From NCBI GenBank assembly GCA_048013815.1, contig CM106586.1, positions 20,832,001 through 20,896,000 on the forward strand: a DNA stretch of 64,000 bases, given 5' to 3'. The position numbers and the translations under genes are program-made. The notes beneath the pieces were generated by a model. That model was not told where the DNA came from and ran no database searches. It saw only the letters and a list, made by a program, of their open reading frames with translations. Within the stretch, counting starts at the first letter, position 1. Each line of letters begins with the position of its first letter. This document shows positions 27,951 to 40,333 of this stretch, piece by piece. Source of the stretch: Setoptus koraiensis (lineage: Eukaryota; Animalia; Arthropoda).

Positions 27951-30900
27951 TCAAGACAAATGGAAAGAGTTCCTTCCTTCGTTAGTTGATAATCGAAGTT
28001 TACACCTCATGATTTCGCATGAGCTATATTCTGGTAACTTGAGGTAATTGACACAGGTCATTACGCTAGGCAAGAAGTCGTCTGGATTCTCTCCTGGCTC
28101 AAGTGTTTTCCTGACGATAGTGAGAGGAGGCGATAGACTTTTTAAGCCACCAAATGGGAGTCGAGGTGATCCAGTGATAAATTGTAGGAATTTCCTTTGT
28201 TCATCGCTATTGTAAGAACTAAGTATCTCGAATAAATACTTTATCTGGATGCTCTCATGCGAAAATCCATGATCAGTCTTACAAGATTCCATTAACATTC
28301 TAACGTCCCAACTTTGATAGCCGGAACCGCAGAATAGTGAATCCAACTCTTCAGGATAGAATATTCGTAAATGATGTATCGGGAAAATAGATTCGAAGCC
28401 CGCCCTGAAGGCATCCATTTGACGACGAACGCCCTCAGTGAGAGTCCAATAGCGATGCAGTTTCACATATTGATCTAGATTTTCTAGTTTTGTAATCACA
28501 TCTTTACCACCTTTTTTGAGTTCAATGGATGAATATCCTGGTAGTGTAAAATCAATATTTAAATCTTCGATAGGACAGCCGTCCAATGTGAGAACCTCGG
28601 GACTAATATTGGCAAACAAGTCATCGGTAAATGTTGCAGAGCTATTGGTGATACTGCCAAGTTCTTGTCTTAGTTTATCCATGCTTTTAGCAGTGGTAAT
28701 AGTTGGATTATTTGAGCGGTTGAAATCATTGACATCTCTTTCTTGGTGGTTGATCATAATATTTCTTAATTCTGCTATACGATGCATCTGGAATAGGGAT
28801 CGTGACATAGTTGGGTCAATATGGGCCATATCTGATAAATCTAGCGATGCTTCTTGAGATAGCATCCACTTATAGAAGGGTTGACTGAAGGGTATATCAA
28901 TCTGAAATAGATGATGAAATTCACATAAACAGGAAATTCAAGATTAGTCTTTAGTAAGTAACAATTTAGATATGTATCGATTCGAAATCTACTGAATTTG
29001 AACTTACCATACGAGAATCCATCAATGCTTTGGCCATAAACTTGCCGAGAAGCTTGAAACGATTTCTTATCTTCGATACGTTGCCTATCTTTGCATTCCT
29101 AGCAAGAGGAGCAGGGAAGAGACCATTCGGTGAGTACATGTACTTCTTTTCATGGTCCATCTTAGGTGGGATCAACTGTTTCTGTTTTGTCTGATATGAT
29201 TGGTGGCTACTATTCTTATTATAATGACTATTTGAGTTATTGTTATTGAACTCATTATGATTATCGCGCGATGGTTCCCTAATGTCATCTAGATTGCTGA
29301 TTGTGTTATCAGCATTGAGCAGGGACACCGATGAAGACTCTTTTCCTTCACCGTGTTCATTAGATGGAACTAGAGGTGCGGACGCAGATACTACCTCACC
29401 TCTCCACAACTCCAGATCAGCTCGTTGCATCTCTCGTGACACAAGAGCATAAAATTCCAATGTTGGACCAAGACCTGTTCCAACTTCGTTCTCATACTGA
29501 ATATCCAAAACTGTTTTAGAGTTGGTGAGCTCGTTTAGAATTATCTCAGATTGGCGGAATAGATCGTCTCGGCTTACGGTCTTTCGACGTCTGTCTAGGC
29601 GTGGTGCGGCACGTTCATCTGAATTGCTCAACTCAGGGGTGCTATCCAATAGTCGTTGCAGTGCCCTGTCTCTATCAAAACTAGTAACGTAAAATAGTAA
29701 GTGCCGAGATTCGAAAGGTATCAAAAATGGACACGAGTACGCTAGCTGAGGCAACCAACTAGGAAGGTTCCCTGTCATAATAACTAATGGATCTTGGAGT
29801 TGTCTTGTGACCTTCGCTGCCAATTTTGAGTTAATAAACTCACTAGATGGTATAGCTGGGTGAGTCACAAAGCTAATGCAGTTTCTGTAAAACCATGACC
29901 AGTGCCTATTGATTCCAAAAATGGCTCTTAATAAGACAATTATTTCTATCGACGAGTCATGGACAGTTACATTCGGAGGTAATCTTGGACATAGATATTG
30001 GTCGATCGGAGAGGATACATTAGGGGTCTTTCCGTCGATCCAAAGTTCATCTTTCTTCCTGGTTACTGGACTTCTATGGTGATGAGAGGTAGCTAAGGTG
30101 GAGGACGAGTTTCTGATGCTATGACGCCGACCACAAGTAGTGGTAGAGGATGGAGACTGTTGCTGAACACTGCTTCCCGAAGCTATAGACTGACCCTGGT
30201 ACGGAACCGAAGCTATAGATTGCCCCTGGTACGGAACAGAAGCTAAAGACTGCCCCTGGTACGCAACTGAAGCTATAGACTGCCCCTGGTACGCAACTGA
30301 AGCTATAGACTGCCCCTGGTACGCAACCGAAGCATCATAAGTGGCATCTTGAAAATGCACTGGGTTCAATCTAAGATCTGAAGGGTTAGACTGATTTGAA
30401 GTCATCATTGAGTGAGCTCCCAAGCCACCTCTCATGTTGGAACTTCTTTTTTGCTGGTACATCTGGGAGTTAGAAGGAATAGACATGTTTGAATTTGCGG
30501 ACATTGATGAGGACTGATTACTGGTAGATGATTGGTCGGTGTAAGGCCTGTAATATATAACGTGAGTTTCAGTCCACATGTTGGAATTACCAACCACAGG
30601 TATATCCGAATCTTCAATATCCAAACCGTCGCCATTATCCGATAAGTTACTAAATTGTCTTATTGCTTGGTAAACAGTCATATTGTAGGGAAGAACATGT
30701 TCTCCGATGGATAATTGCAGCCGATGTCGTCCTTGAGGCTGCGTCATAACGACCATACTATCATCGAGATCGTCATCAGAATTATTATCATCCGAGTTGT
30801 CAGCGCTGTCGCGCATCTTGGCATAACCCCGTACAGTCAAGTATTTTTCTATAGCTTGAACTACAGCCAAAGGATCAATTTTGACTGGGCCTCCTCTCCA

Positions 30901-33900
30901 TCGTCTCAAATTATTACATTGAGGGTGACGCTGCAGATTACATTTCAACTGATGTGTGTTGAAAAATTTTAGAGCAGACACACCTCTTATATTGCCGTTA
31001 CCTAAACCGAAGAAGTCGTGGACTCTAACAGGGAATTGCTCGAGCTGGGAGATACAGGCATTTAGCTTCGCTACCAGTGCGGAAAATGGTGCTGTGTCCA
31101 TTTTGAGTTCTTGCTCATCGAGGAATAGTAGCATATGGCTGGGATCCTGAGACAACCCAAGAAACACTGATAAGAATGCTCGGATGCGATTGTCTCTGTG
31201 TGATGTGCCGTCTTGACCCTGGTAATTGTCTCCTTGACTTGGTTGGGGGCATTCTAGACTTGTCAAAAATTTAGTCAGTTTGGATACTAATCCACTATGT
31301 ATCAACTCGAATGAAGAAATATCACCTTCTAGTAAGACAGATTTAAGCTGCCTCAAAGCCTCCACAGTGCTAACTTGATCTTCTAGCATTTCCAAGGCGC
31401 AGGTCAATTTGTTCAATGTATCCATCGCAGGGTGCGGATCTTGAGAATTGATCGATGGAAAAGAGTCGCTAGTATTCAAAGATGACTCATGAGTCGAGTA
31501 TTTCTCTTCAAAAGCTAACGCCTGCTTAGCGACCCATTCTAGAACTCTCTCTTTTGTGTTGTTGATCGAAGGGTTAGTTCTTCCGAGGCTGGTGGAGCAC
31601 GAGCTACCAGCGCAGGCATTATCAGCAGGCAATGAGAGACAGTTGGTTCCGCGAGATGTTGAAGCGCTGTTAGCCGATGGTACGGAACTACTGCCTAAGC
31701 TGGCTCTATTTCCCCACCGACTCCACCTAGCTGGATGCAAGTTCGCTAATATATGTCTTCCTGTCGGAGGGTAAACTTGTGTGCTTTGGCTGAATCTGTG
31801 CTGTCCAGGATTAGTCGGGGAGAATGACGTAGCAGTATCAATTAGAATGTTTGAAAGATTAGATGATTGGTTGCAAATCGATTGGGCTGGAGCAGACGGT
31901 GATGACTGCTTTGCCAGATTCCTAAATTGATGCATAACTCCTTCGCGACGGAAGTAAATGGAAAATACGTCAGGTAGTTTATCCATTAATACCACAGCCA
32001 TTTGAATAGCACCAACAACTATTCTTTGATCTGATGAAGCTAACATAGTTGCTATATGTCCTGATACAGCATGATTCTTTAGTAGCACACGTAATAATTC
32101 AGTGGGAGTATAATAAACAATTCTTAACAGAGCACGTAAGCACTTATAACGCACTGAAGGTCCTGCTGAGCTGCTATATATTTCATATAGAATTCCAAAC
32201 AAAGAGCTAACAAAGTTATGCAGTATATCTTGGTTTTTCTTAATGTAAGCGATGCGTGGATCAGATTTCTGGCTAGGGTTGATATGTTGGTTATTAGAGT
32301 CCGCTGAAACGCTAGAAGTTGCTGGCTGGTAGTTAACTTTCCTATGTATGGGGCGAGACATCCCTGTGTCTTCATTGATTTGTTGCATGGTAGTGAAATC
32401 GATGCTGTACGTTTTACCCATAGTTACCAGACTAACATCCTCGTCTCCGGCACGATGGGCACTATCTATAACGTTGTTATCGATGCAATTGTACCTGTGC
32501 CAATTGCCCCTATCATCTTTCCACTGCCAAACCACAGACTCCTGTTGAGTCGAGCCTCCTCTACTAATCAATTGATCGATTGCGAACATACCATCTTCCG
32601 GAAGACGAGGCATCAGTTCAGCTATTAATGATGTTATTTCATAAAGTTCTTGTGGACTTCGGTTGACCAATTCAACATGCTCTACATTTTTAGCGTTCGC
32701 AGTGCAATTGGGTGATGATATAGAGTCTGTTAGAGAGGACGTGATAGAAATAACTGCAGATGTACCAACGTCCGATGAACTGTTTGAATTTACGATAGAT
32801 TGACTCGTCGTGTTCGTACTAGAGCTCTTAAATCCTACAAGAAGATATCGCAGCGTAGAAACTATATCTGAGGATAATAATTGAATAGCAATATCTGGGC
32901 AGCTGTGACACATGACTGCCAACATTCTGATGATCATAACAAATGTGCTAGTACTGATAATGGATGGAGTCGCTAGCAAAAGCTGCCCAAAGTTGACTAG
33001 CAGATTGTTACCCGCTACTTCCATCAGTATGTTTGGATCGCATTGATAATGTTCAATCAATCTAGAGAAGGCAAGACAGATGCTCTCCACGCTTTTCTTA
33101 TCCGTGTGTGTCAGGTGAGAGCTTAGTGTTGGTAAAGATTCTTGAATCTGAGGAAACTCCTCGATAGTAATATTTTGACAACAGTTCGCGGCAATGGCTA
33201 ATGCTGATCTTTGTGCATTAATGGAGAAAAAGTCCAAATATGTGAGGCAAGCTGAAACACCCTTCGCATTCAAGATAGCCTTGCTATGGCGACGCGAAAG
33301 CATCTCCAGAGCTGTCAGTGATTGTTCGGCCACATCCATACATTGTATTGCTTGAAGTTTTTCTAAAAAACTTGGAACAGCCTCAACTACAACTGACGCA
33401 GACCTTGGTAGGGATTCCATCATGTATGTTAGAGCTCGACAAGCATGATTCATAATATCAAAATTGTGTTCCATATTAAGAAGTTGGATTAATGAAGGCA
33501 CGGCTTGCTTCACAGGAAATCCAGCCAATGTATCCTCATTGCCCATGACAAGTAGTTGACACATTTCCATCACAGATTGGAGTTGTTGGCCCTCATCACC
33601 ATGAGTTTGGAGCCCTTGAACTAGCTGATGTGCCTTGCTAGATGAGCTAGAGCCGATAGTACGATGTAAAAGAGTCTGCATCCTGGGTCCTAAAGCACCA
33701 AGGAGGTGTGTCGGGACTCCTCTAGCCTCGAGGATGGCCTGCAATCGGCCCATTTCAACTTCATCGGGTTCATTGTCGCCAGTCACCATAGAAACTGCAG
33801 CGAAGGAAGGGATTGCATTAATTCCTGTAGCTTGATTATCTGTTGTTGCTGCTGCTGCAGTTGATGATGAGGCTGATGTTGAGGGAATTGACAAGGACGA

Positions 33901-34485
33901 TGACTGGGTGTTGCTGTGAGATGGACTATTCTTTGAGCTAGAAGAATAGTCCATCTCCCCTAAGTGGGCGCGAGACCTTTTACGAGGTGGCTCAATTGCA
34001 CTCGACGTCGGGCCTGAAGTTGAGGCTTTGTTTATGGTTTTGCTTTGTGAGGGCAAGTCTAGCACACTAGAACTAGTGTGAGACCTCGCACTTGCTGATT
34101 TACGATTCTGTTTACTACTAGCCGTCGGGGGGCCTGTGATTGTAGCTGTCTTAGTTGGGGCTCCTGATGACGATGAGCCACTAGTGCTAGATGCAGTATT
34201 ATTATTGCAAATAATTGGGACACTCAATGAACTGGTAGTGGTGCTGCTGCTGGTGCTAGTGGTGCTGCTAGTAATTACGCTGGCATTTACTGAAGACGAA
34301 TTAATAATCCTATTGCCACCCGATTCCGGAATCGCTACAATTGTTGATTGTTGTCCGCTTTGCGAGTCGCTATTGTTTGAGGATGATGTGGATTGCTGCG
34401 GATGTTGTTGGTTGCGATGGTGCTGCTGCTTCTGTAATTCAGACTGGCGACGCAACGCCCTTGAACGCGATCTGGTTACGATCAT
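27951..34485 (-). CDS. TRIP12: HECT E3 ubiquitin ligase TRIP12/Ufd4 homolog (exon 1 34485-29008, intron 29007-28902, exon 2 28901-27951)
   Basis: ARM-repeat region (MGRLQAILEARGVP...QQLQSVMEMCQLLVMGNEDTLAGF), WWE domain (WQWKDDRGNWHRY) and HECT domain (YENEVGTGLGPTLEFY...LPSVMTCVNYLKLPEYSS). Phase-0 intron ATG|gtaagt...tttcag|ATT. Confidence 0.95.
30179..30333 (-). repeat. Coding 30-bp minisatellite, 5 copies, (ASVAYQGQSI)n inside TRIP12
   Basis: gaagctatagactgcccctggtacgcaact is repeated 5 times with 1-3 substitutions per copy. Confidence 0.95.
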
Positions 34486-34758
34486 GAAGAGCGTCGTGCA
34501 GCCCTTATTTCAAATGTTTTATAGATAATAATATATGAGGATATCATAGATATTGTATACTATCATAAAGATATATTATTTGCAATATTATTTATATATT
34601 TATACATATACAGAATTCTATCCAATATGTTCAGCTAGTGCATATGTAGATATATATTATGTATATATATATTCTACAGTATTATATCTATGTTTGTATG
34701 TATATATATATATAATAATAATATTATAAATATGTGTATATGTATATCGTACGACGAA

Positions 34759-35040
34759 GAATGATGAAAGCTTTCCTGGTGAGTAGTGAACAAAGAGCAA
34801 GGGGGATAGAATGTTAGCGTGTGTAGTATTGGAAACGCACTCGCACACACACACACACAGACGGTCACAAGCTTAAAGCCCACAAATCAAAACACTCGCA
34901 CAGACAAACACATGAAAGAGTACGCTACTATACAAGTGACTTTAGGTACGCTTGTCTGCTTGTGCGTCAATAGCACACTAGTAAGCCAGGTCTGTTAGTC
35001 TGTGTATGTTGGTCTAAAGTGTTAGTTACACACATAGGGT
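34759..35040. repeat. Upstream block shared with the V-ATPase E 5' region (copy 2)
   Basis: Same orientation and similar position relative to a minus-strand ATG as 2645-2928. Confidence 0.88.
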
Positions 35041-35245
35041 AAAAAAAGCAAGCAATGAGCAATGCAGCCCGTCGGGTGTAACAAATATCTGAGACAAATA
35101 CTATTGTGGAACCTACCGTGCCCTTCACAGTTCATTATTGGCACAGAAACAGTATACTCTTTATAGGCTGCACAGAGAGCTTTTGTGTTAGTTTTGTGCG
35201 TATGTGTGTTTCGTTTTTGAATGTCCCCGTAGTTCACAAACTCCG

Positions 35246-35467
35246 CACTGGGTGTAATCAAACTTTTGTAATGTTCTCTGTGCGACGCACATAGCCCTTT
35301 TTGTGCGTGCGCACTCTTCAATTATACAGCACATTGCATTTAATGCGCATATAGATCGCTGGCACAAGACCAACTAAATTACGCACAAACACGTTTTTCA
35401 GCCCAGCATGTATAAAATTACGCACAACTCACACCACAAAGGTCTGTATCATATTATTTCACCCAGT
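35246..35467. promoter_or_regulatory. Promoter cassette copy in the TRIP12/CLPB head-to-head interval
   Basis: cactgggtgtaatca at 35246; core gcacaagaccaactaaattacgcacaaacacg at 35362 (33/41 identical to 26374); degenerate right end ttatttcacccagtac near 35454. Confidence 0.7.
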
Positions 35468-36218
35468 ACTGTTAACAGACGCATGCAACATTGCAAGTAT
35501 AGGGCGATTGTCTATAATTTGTAGAGCAAAATTTTTACTTACGGACCTCTCTCATACGACGGGTCGAGAATCAAACTCACTTTAGATCGGATTTTTCTTG
35601 CGGGGTGTGTCAGGCACCGTCTCTGATGCACCCCGAGGAATTCAGTACCTGTCCTAGTTCTTTTGTTTTTCCGCTTGGCGGCTATTTCTGATATCTCCTA
35701 AGGAGGCTTCTCATTCGTTATCTCTTATCATACTTGCGTGAATTTAGTTTCATGCTAGTGGGGTGCAAAACAAGTAACTTTAGGCACTTTGCGATCGCAA
35801 CATTTCTTCTAGATATCGCCCCAATGATAAGAAATCGTTTTATCAGCTTTGCTGTGGTGATATCACTAGGTGTTCTTTATTTGTTCTTTTCAATTGGTTC
35901 AATTCAGTTTTTCATCGAAATGGAGAAATCTTAATATCACAGGTCACCCTATCTAGTTAGTTGTTTTACGAAACTACTACATACGCGGAGGATGGTCAAA
36001 AGAAAAACATTCGCAGTTCAAGTCTCCCTCCTCATGCGCCGTATAAGCTCACAGTGTTGATGCATGTAAGAAATCATGTGTTACGCACAGCAGTCAGAAG
36101 TTCTGACTCACAACACAACAGAACCACCACAGACGCAACGGCATGGAAAATTCATGTAACGTTATGTATCAAGTACAACTATTTTGTTGCATCAACTTGT
36201 CAATTCCTCCAATCAGTG

Positions 36219-37979
36219 ATGTTACCAGTTAGGCTAAGCAAAATCATTAATACACAATCAACACTGCGCTTCCTCAAAAATTATTCTTACTGGCGAGCCT
36301 CTCAATGTCGGATTAGATATCCTCACCACGATGATTACAAACATGGAGACCAGAATGCCGAGGAATCGCGTCGTAACTTTGGATCAATTAAACTGGCCTT
36401 GATTTCGCTGTCGATTTTCTCGCAAAATATCACGGATGACTCAACTAATCCAGTGAAAGAAGAGTTGGCTTCTAAGCTCCGTAAGGCTGTTCACGAGGGA
36501 GATTTCGACACAGTTAATAATTTATTGAAAAAATGTACGGTTAATGAGGTGAATGCTCGCCACAAATTGGGCTGGCAGGCCTTGCATGTCGCAGCTATCA
36601 ACGGAAACGCCAGAATGTGCGAACTGTTATTGAAAAATGGAGCCAGAATAGATGACATCGATCACTATAGAAACCCAAGAGAATTGGCACGAAAATCACA
36701 GATGTCTCCGGCATTGATTGAGTTTGCTCGATCAACAGAGTTCAACCCGCATTTGGCACAAGTGAACTTTCATGGTTGCACCGCTCTTCACTATGCCATG
36801 CTAGCAAATGATTTGAGCACCGTCAAAGTCCTTGTTGACAGTGGAGCAAATCCGCTGGTAGAGAATGACCTCGGGCACAAACCAATAGATTACGCCGATG
36901 ATCCTGTCGTTGAGGCATATCTGGATAATTACTCTCACCAATTTATAGTCAAACAGGCGGAACGTGAAGCCGAAGAGAAAAGACTCTATCCTTTGGAAAA
37001 ACGAATCAAAGAAGTTCTGGTAGGTCAAGATGCAGCAATCTCAACTGTTGCCGCAACAATACGTCGGAAGGAAAATCGTTGGTTCGATAAAGATCATCCT
37101 CTCGTTTTTCTGTTTCTAGGCTCATCTGGCATAGGGAAGACCGAACTGGCAAAGCAAATCGCTAAATATTTACATAAAGATGACAAGAAGGCTTTCATTC
37201 GCTTGGACATGTCTGAATATCAGGAAAAACATTCAGTTGCTCGGATGATCGGCAGTCCGCCTGGTTACATTGGCCACAATGAGGGTGGGCAGCTGACAGA
37301 TGCTTTGACAAAATGTAAGAATGCAGTGGTACTTCTTGATGAGATTGAGAAGGCACATCCTGACGTTCTAACAATACTCTTACAACTCTTCGATGAGGGA
37401 CGTTTGACCGATGGCAAGGGTAAAACAATCGAATGTAAGGATGCTATATTCATCATGACATCCAATCTGGCCAGTGAAGATATTGCTGAGCACGCTCTAC
37501 AATTGCGCAACGAAGAGATGCAGAAGAAAAACATTAACAAGGCAGAAGATGGTATCCAAGAGCAAGTTACGATATCCAAGCACTTTAAGGACACTATCGT
37601 CAGACGGATTCTCAAACGTCATTTCAAGCGGGATGAATTTCTTGGCCGAATCAATGAAATGGTCTACTTTCTGCCATTTTCGCAGAGCGAACTCAGAGAA
37701 CTAGTCACAAGAGAGTTGAATCATTGGAAGAAACTTGCGCAGACCGAGCATTCGGTAGATTTAACTTGGCATGAGAGAGTAGTCGATGTTATGTGCAAAG
37801 GTTATGATGTACACTACGGTGCAAGATCACTTAAACACGAGATAGAAAGGCGCATAGTCAACCAATTATCGGAAATTTCTCACCTACTAAAGAAAGGATC
37901 AGCAGTCCATCTAACTGCCGACGAGTCTGAACTCATAAAACTGACAATTGCTCCGACGATGCGAGAGCGAAAGAAATAG
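36219..37979 (+). CDS. CLPB: Mitochondrial disaggregase CLPB/Skd3 (ankyrin repeats plus one AAA+ module), intronless
   Basis: Presequence-like MLPVRLSKIINTQSTLRFLK; ankyrins (GWQALHVAAING, GCTALHYAML); Walker A GSSGIGKT; RLDMSEYQEKH; Walker B VVLLDEIEKAH; GARSLK. Start placed at the first plausible ATG (36219). Confidence 0.92.
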   Translation: MLPVRLSKIINTQSTLRFLKNYSYWRASQCRIRYPHHDDYKHGDQNAEESRRNFGSIKLALISLSIFSQNITDDSTNPVKEELASKLRKAVHEGDFDTVNNLLKKCTVNEVNARHKLGWQALHVAAINGNARMCELLLKNGARIDDIDHYRNPRELARKSQMSPALIEFARSTEFNPHLAQVNFHGCTALHYAMLANDLSTVKVLVDSGANPLVENDLGHKPIDYADDPVVEAYLDNYSHQFIVKQAEREAEEKRLYPLEKRIKEVLVGQDAAISTVAATIRRKENRWFDKDHPLVFLFLGSSGIGKTELAKQIAKYLHKDDKKAFIRLDMSEYQEKHSVARMIGSPPGYIGHNEGGQLTDALTKCKNAVVLLDEIEKAHPDVLTILLQLFDEGRLTDGKGKTIECKDAIFIMTSNLASEDIAEHALQLRNEEMQKKNINKAEDGIQEQVTISKHFKDTIVRRILKRHFKRDEFLGRINEMVYFLPFSQSELRELVTRELNHWKKLAQTEHSVDLTWHERVVDVMCKGYDVHYGARSLKHEIERRIVNQLSEISHLLKKGSAVHLTADESELIKLTIAPTMRERKK

Positions 37980-38484
37980 TCGTAGAATGCGCGATTTCAA
38001 GTTGCTGATTTCTCATGAGCAGGAAATCAAAATAGTCACATTCGGGATTCTAATCGATATTAGGAAAAACCAATCGTTTCGTGACGACTCAATTGTTACC
38101 TTGATGATCAATTCATCAAACAGAAAAGAATGTATAAAAATAATAAACAAGAGCTATTCCGTCTACTATTTATACTAAACTGACATTATTATTTGTGTTC
38201 ATTTGTCAACATTTGCAACATTATCGAGTTGATTCAATACCTTATTTACCTAGGAAGATGTCTATGACGCACGACAACTCTTCTTTGCCAACTTTTCTTG
38301 TTGTTCATTCTAGCGAAGAATTCCAATTCTCGCGACCATATAAATGATGTTCAGAAATATGTTTGCATCATTCATCAGTCTGCATTGACATAGATTGTAT
38401 TAATATATCAGCTACTCATACTGGTGAAGAAAAACTTCAAAAATCGTATCACTCTCATATAAAAGAAACTAAACAAATCCTCAG

Positions 38485-38637
38485 ATGCATATCTGGAAAT
38501 ATTTGGTCATCCTCATCATGGTGATCTCCATTCTGGCGCCGTATGCTATGGTCGAGGCAGGCGGTGGAAAGGGTAAAAAAGGAGGAATGGGTAAAGCAGG
38601 AAAGGGTAAAGGAGGCAAAGGTGGAAAGAAGGGTTAA
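38485..38637 (+). CDS. Small secreted Gly/Lys-rich peptide precursor, 50 aa (absent from the ORF track)
   Basis: MHIWKYLVILIMVISILAPYAMVEA-GGGKGKKGGMGKAGKGKGGKGGKKG then TAA TAA. Hydrophobic signal-like segment, AATAAA overlapping the stop, branch-point/acceptor-like ctaaac...tcctcag directly before the ATG. Confidence 0.75.
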   Translation: MHIWKYLVILIMVISILAPYAMVEAGGGKGKKGGMGKAGKGKGGKGGKKG

Positions 38638-39006
38638 TAAAGTAAGCGCGAATCAATTAGCATGTTAATCAAGAGATGCAAGAAACCTATCATGTCAAAC
38701 AGATAAACTTCGATTAAAATTGAAACTTCTCATGATGGTATTAATCTAGCATTGTATACATTTCTCAAGTCATCTTTTCTAGTTGCGATCTAGTCGACGG
38801 TGTTGAACATCATTATCCACCATAATCAGATTGCTCTGATTTATTTTGCTTACATTGCCATAAGTTCGAAACCCGATATTTGTTGTCAACTGACACCTGT
38901 ATGATGTTTATTCACCACGTATGCTATGTAAAGGCTGACGTGACCAGCTGATTTGCTCATAAATTTTAGGAGATTCATCTAAATCAAAATACACCCGTGT
39001 GATAAA

Positions 39007-39585
39007 GGGGGTATCGACTTTTCGGAGCAGAAAAATCGAGATTTCCCAATTTTAAGTCTCCTACACGGTAGGTCATGCCAGACATGATGGCGGAATTTAT
39101 TTCCGGAACTGACCACCAGGTAGTGTTATATCGGAAAAAGAATGCGCCCAGTTAGTACACGGATATACTACAGCAGCGCGCACTTTTTCGCACTTTTCTC
39201 CAAACTTGAAATCACTCACTATTTGCGGTATTTCTCTCTAACTGTTGAACCCAAGAGCATGAATTTTTCACACGATATACTCTAGGGCGGCCTCTATCGT
39301 CTGAACTAAAATCAATTGCAAATTCGCACCCAATCGCTCACACTGTGCATACAAAAGCGCTGACTCATAGAGTGCATATAGGAACGAATAGTGAGCGATT
39401 TCATGTTTGGAGATAAGTGCGCGCTGCCACAGTATATCCGCGTAACTGTACGCGTTCTTCCACAGGTGTACCTGGTGGTCAGTTCCGGAAACAAATTTCG
39501 CCATCATGTCTGGCATGACCCACCGTGTAAGAGACTCAAAATAGCAAAATCTCGATTTTTCCACCCCAAAAAGTCGGAAAGCCCC
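39007..39585. mobile_element. Non-autonomous foldback element (MITE-like) with ~200-bp imperfect inverted arms
   Basis: Arms at ~39007-39225 and ~39385-39585. Two perfect 22-bp inverted pairs (39071-39092/39499-39520 and 39101-39122/39469-39490). Termini GGGG...CCCC flanked by taaa/ttaa. Confidence 0.85.
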
Positions 39586-40333
39586 TTAAGTAATTGGACA
39601 GTGGGAAGAAATTAATGCCTCTTCCCTGAGCGCAGAACATAGAAAAGCCAGGACTGCGCACGAGGGGTAGGCAGTATTTTTTTCCGACTGTTCAAAGACT
39701 TAATCATACGGGTGTAGAATAAAATACAACTACCTGTTGAGAGCGTATCCTTGAAGAGAGCTCACGATTTGCTACACGTTTCAACTCACAATGACGCCAT
39801 CAGTCCAATAAAACTAATCCAAATTTCAAGACATTAGAAAAAAGAAGCAAGATTCTCCTAGTTCGTCGAATAAGAATTATTAGATCGTAGGGGGGTTACG
39901 AACGTAGATCTTTATATAAGCTGAAAATAAAAAAAAAAAGTGTCAACTATTTACAATATGGTTGGTTGATTGGTTGGTTTTTTGGTCCTGCCGAATGCAC
40001 TGTCAAGACTAGCACTCACAGGAGCGCAATCTGCTTTTATAGCCTCCGCAACGCATTTGGCAGGTCGGCGTGTCTGCCAAAAAACGCTTCTGGGCATGCG
40101 CAAGGCCTAGAAAAGACCAAAATATTCCAGAAACGAAAAATAGAACGGGTAAACGTTTATCCGGTTCGGACTCAACTCGCCGAGATCTACAAGAATAGAC
40201 CCACTAGAAGAAAATCTGAGAATTTATACTCCCTAGGTTACTCTGTTAGTGAAATAACAGAATAATTTGAGATTTTGAACCACAGATTTGATCTCTCAAG
40301 TAACTTGACTTTGGAAGACGATAATCACTTCTC

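Noticed and set aside
34759-34830. RTGATGA (C-box-like) at the start of both shared blocks (also 2645), suggesting C/D snoRNAs
   Set aside because: No CTGA D-box or terminal stem at a suitable distance, and it is antisense to the adjacent genes.
35961-36218. 86-codon open frame upstream of the CLPB ATG
   Set aside because: Begins at a non-ATG codon and lacks protein-like features; a presequence-like sequence starts at 36219.
39268-39615. ORFs overlapping the foldback element
   Set aside because: No transposase motifs; by-products of the element.
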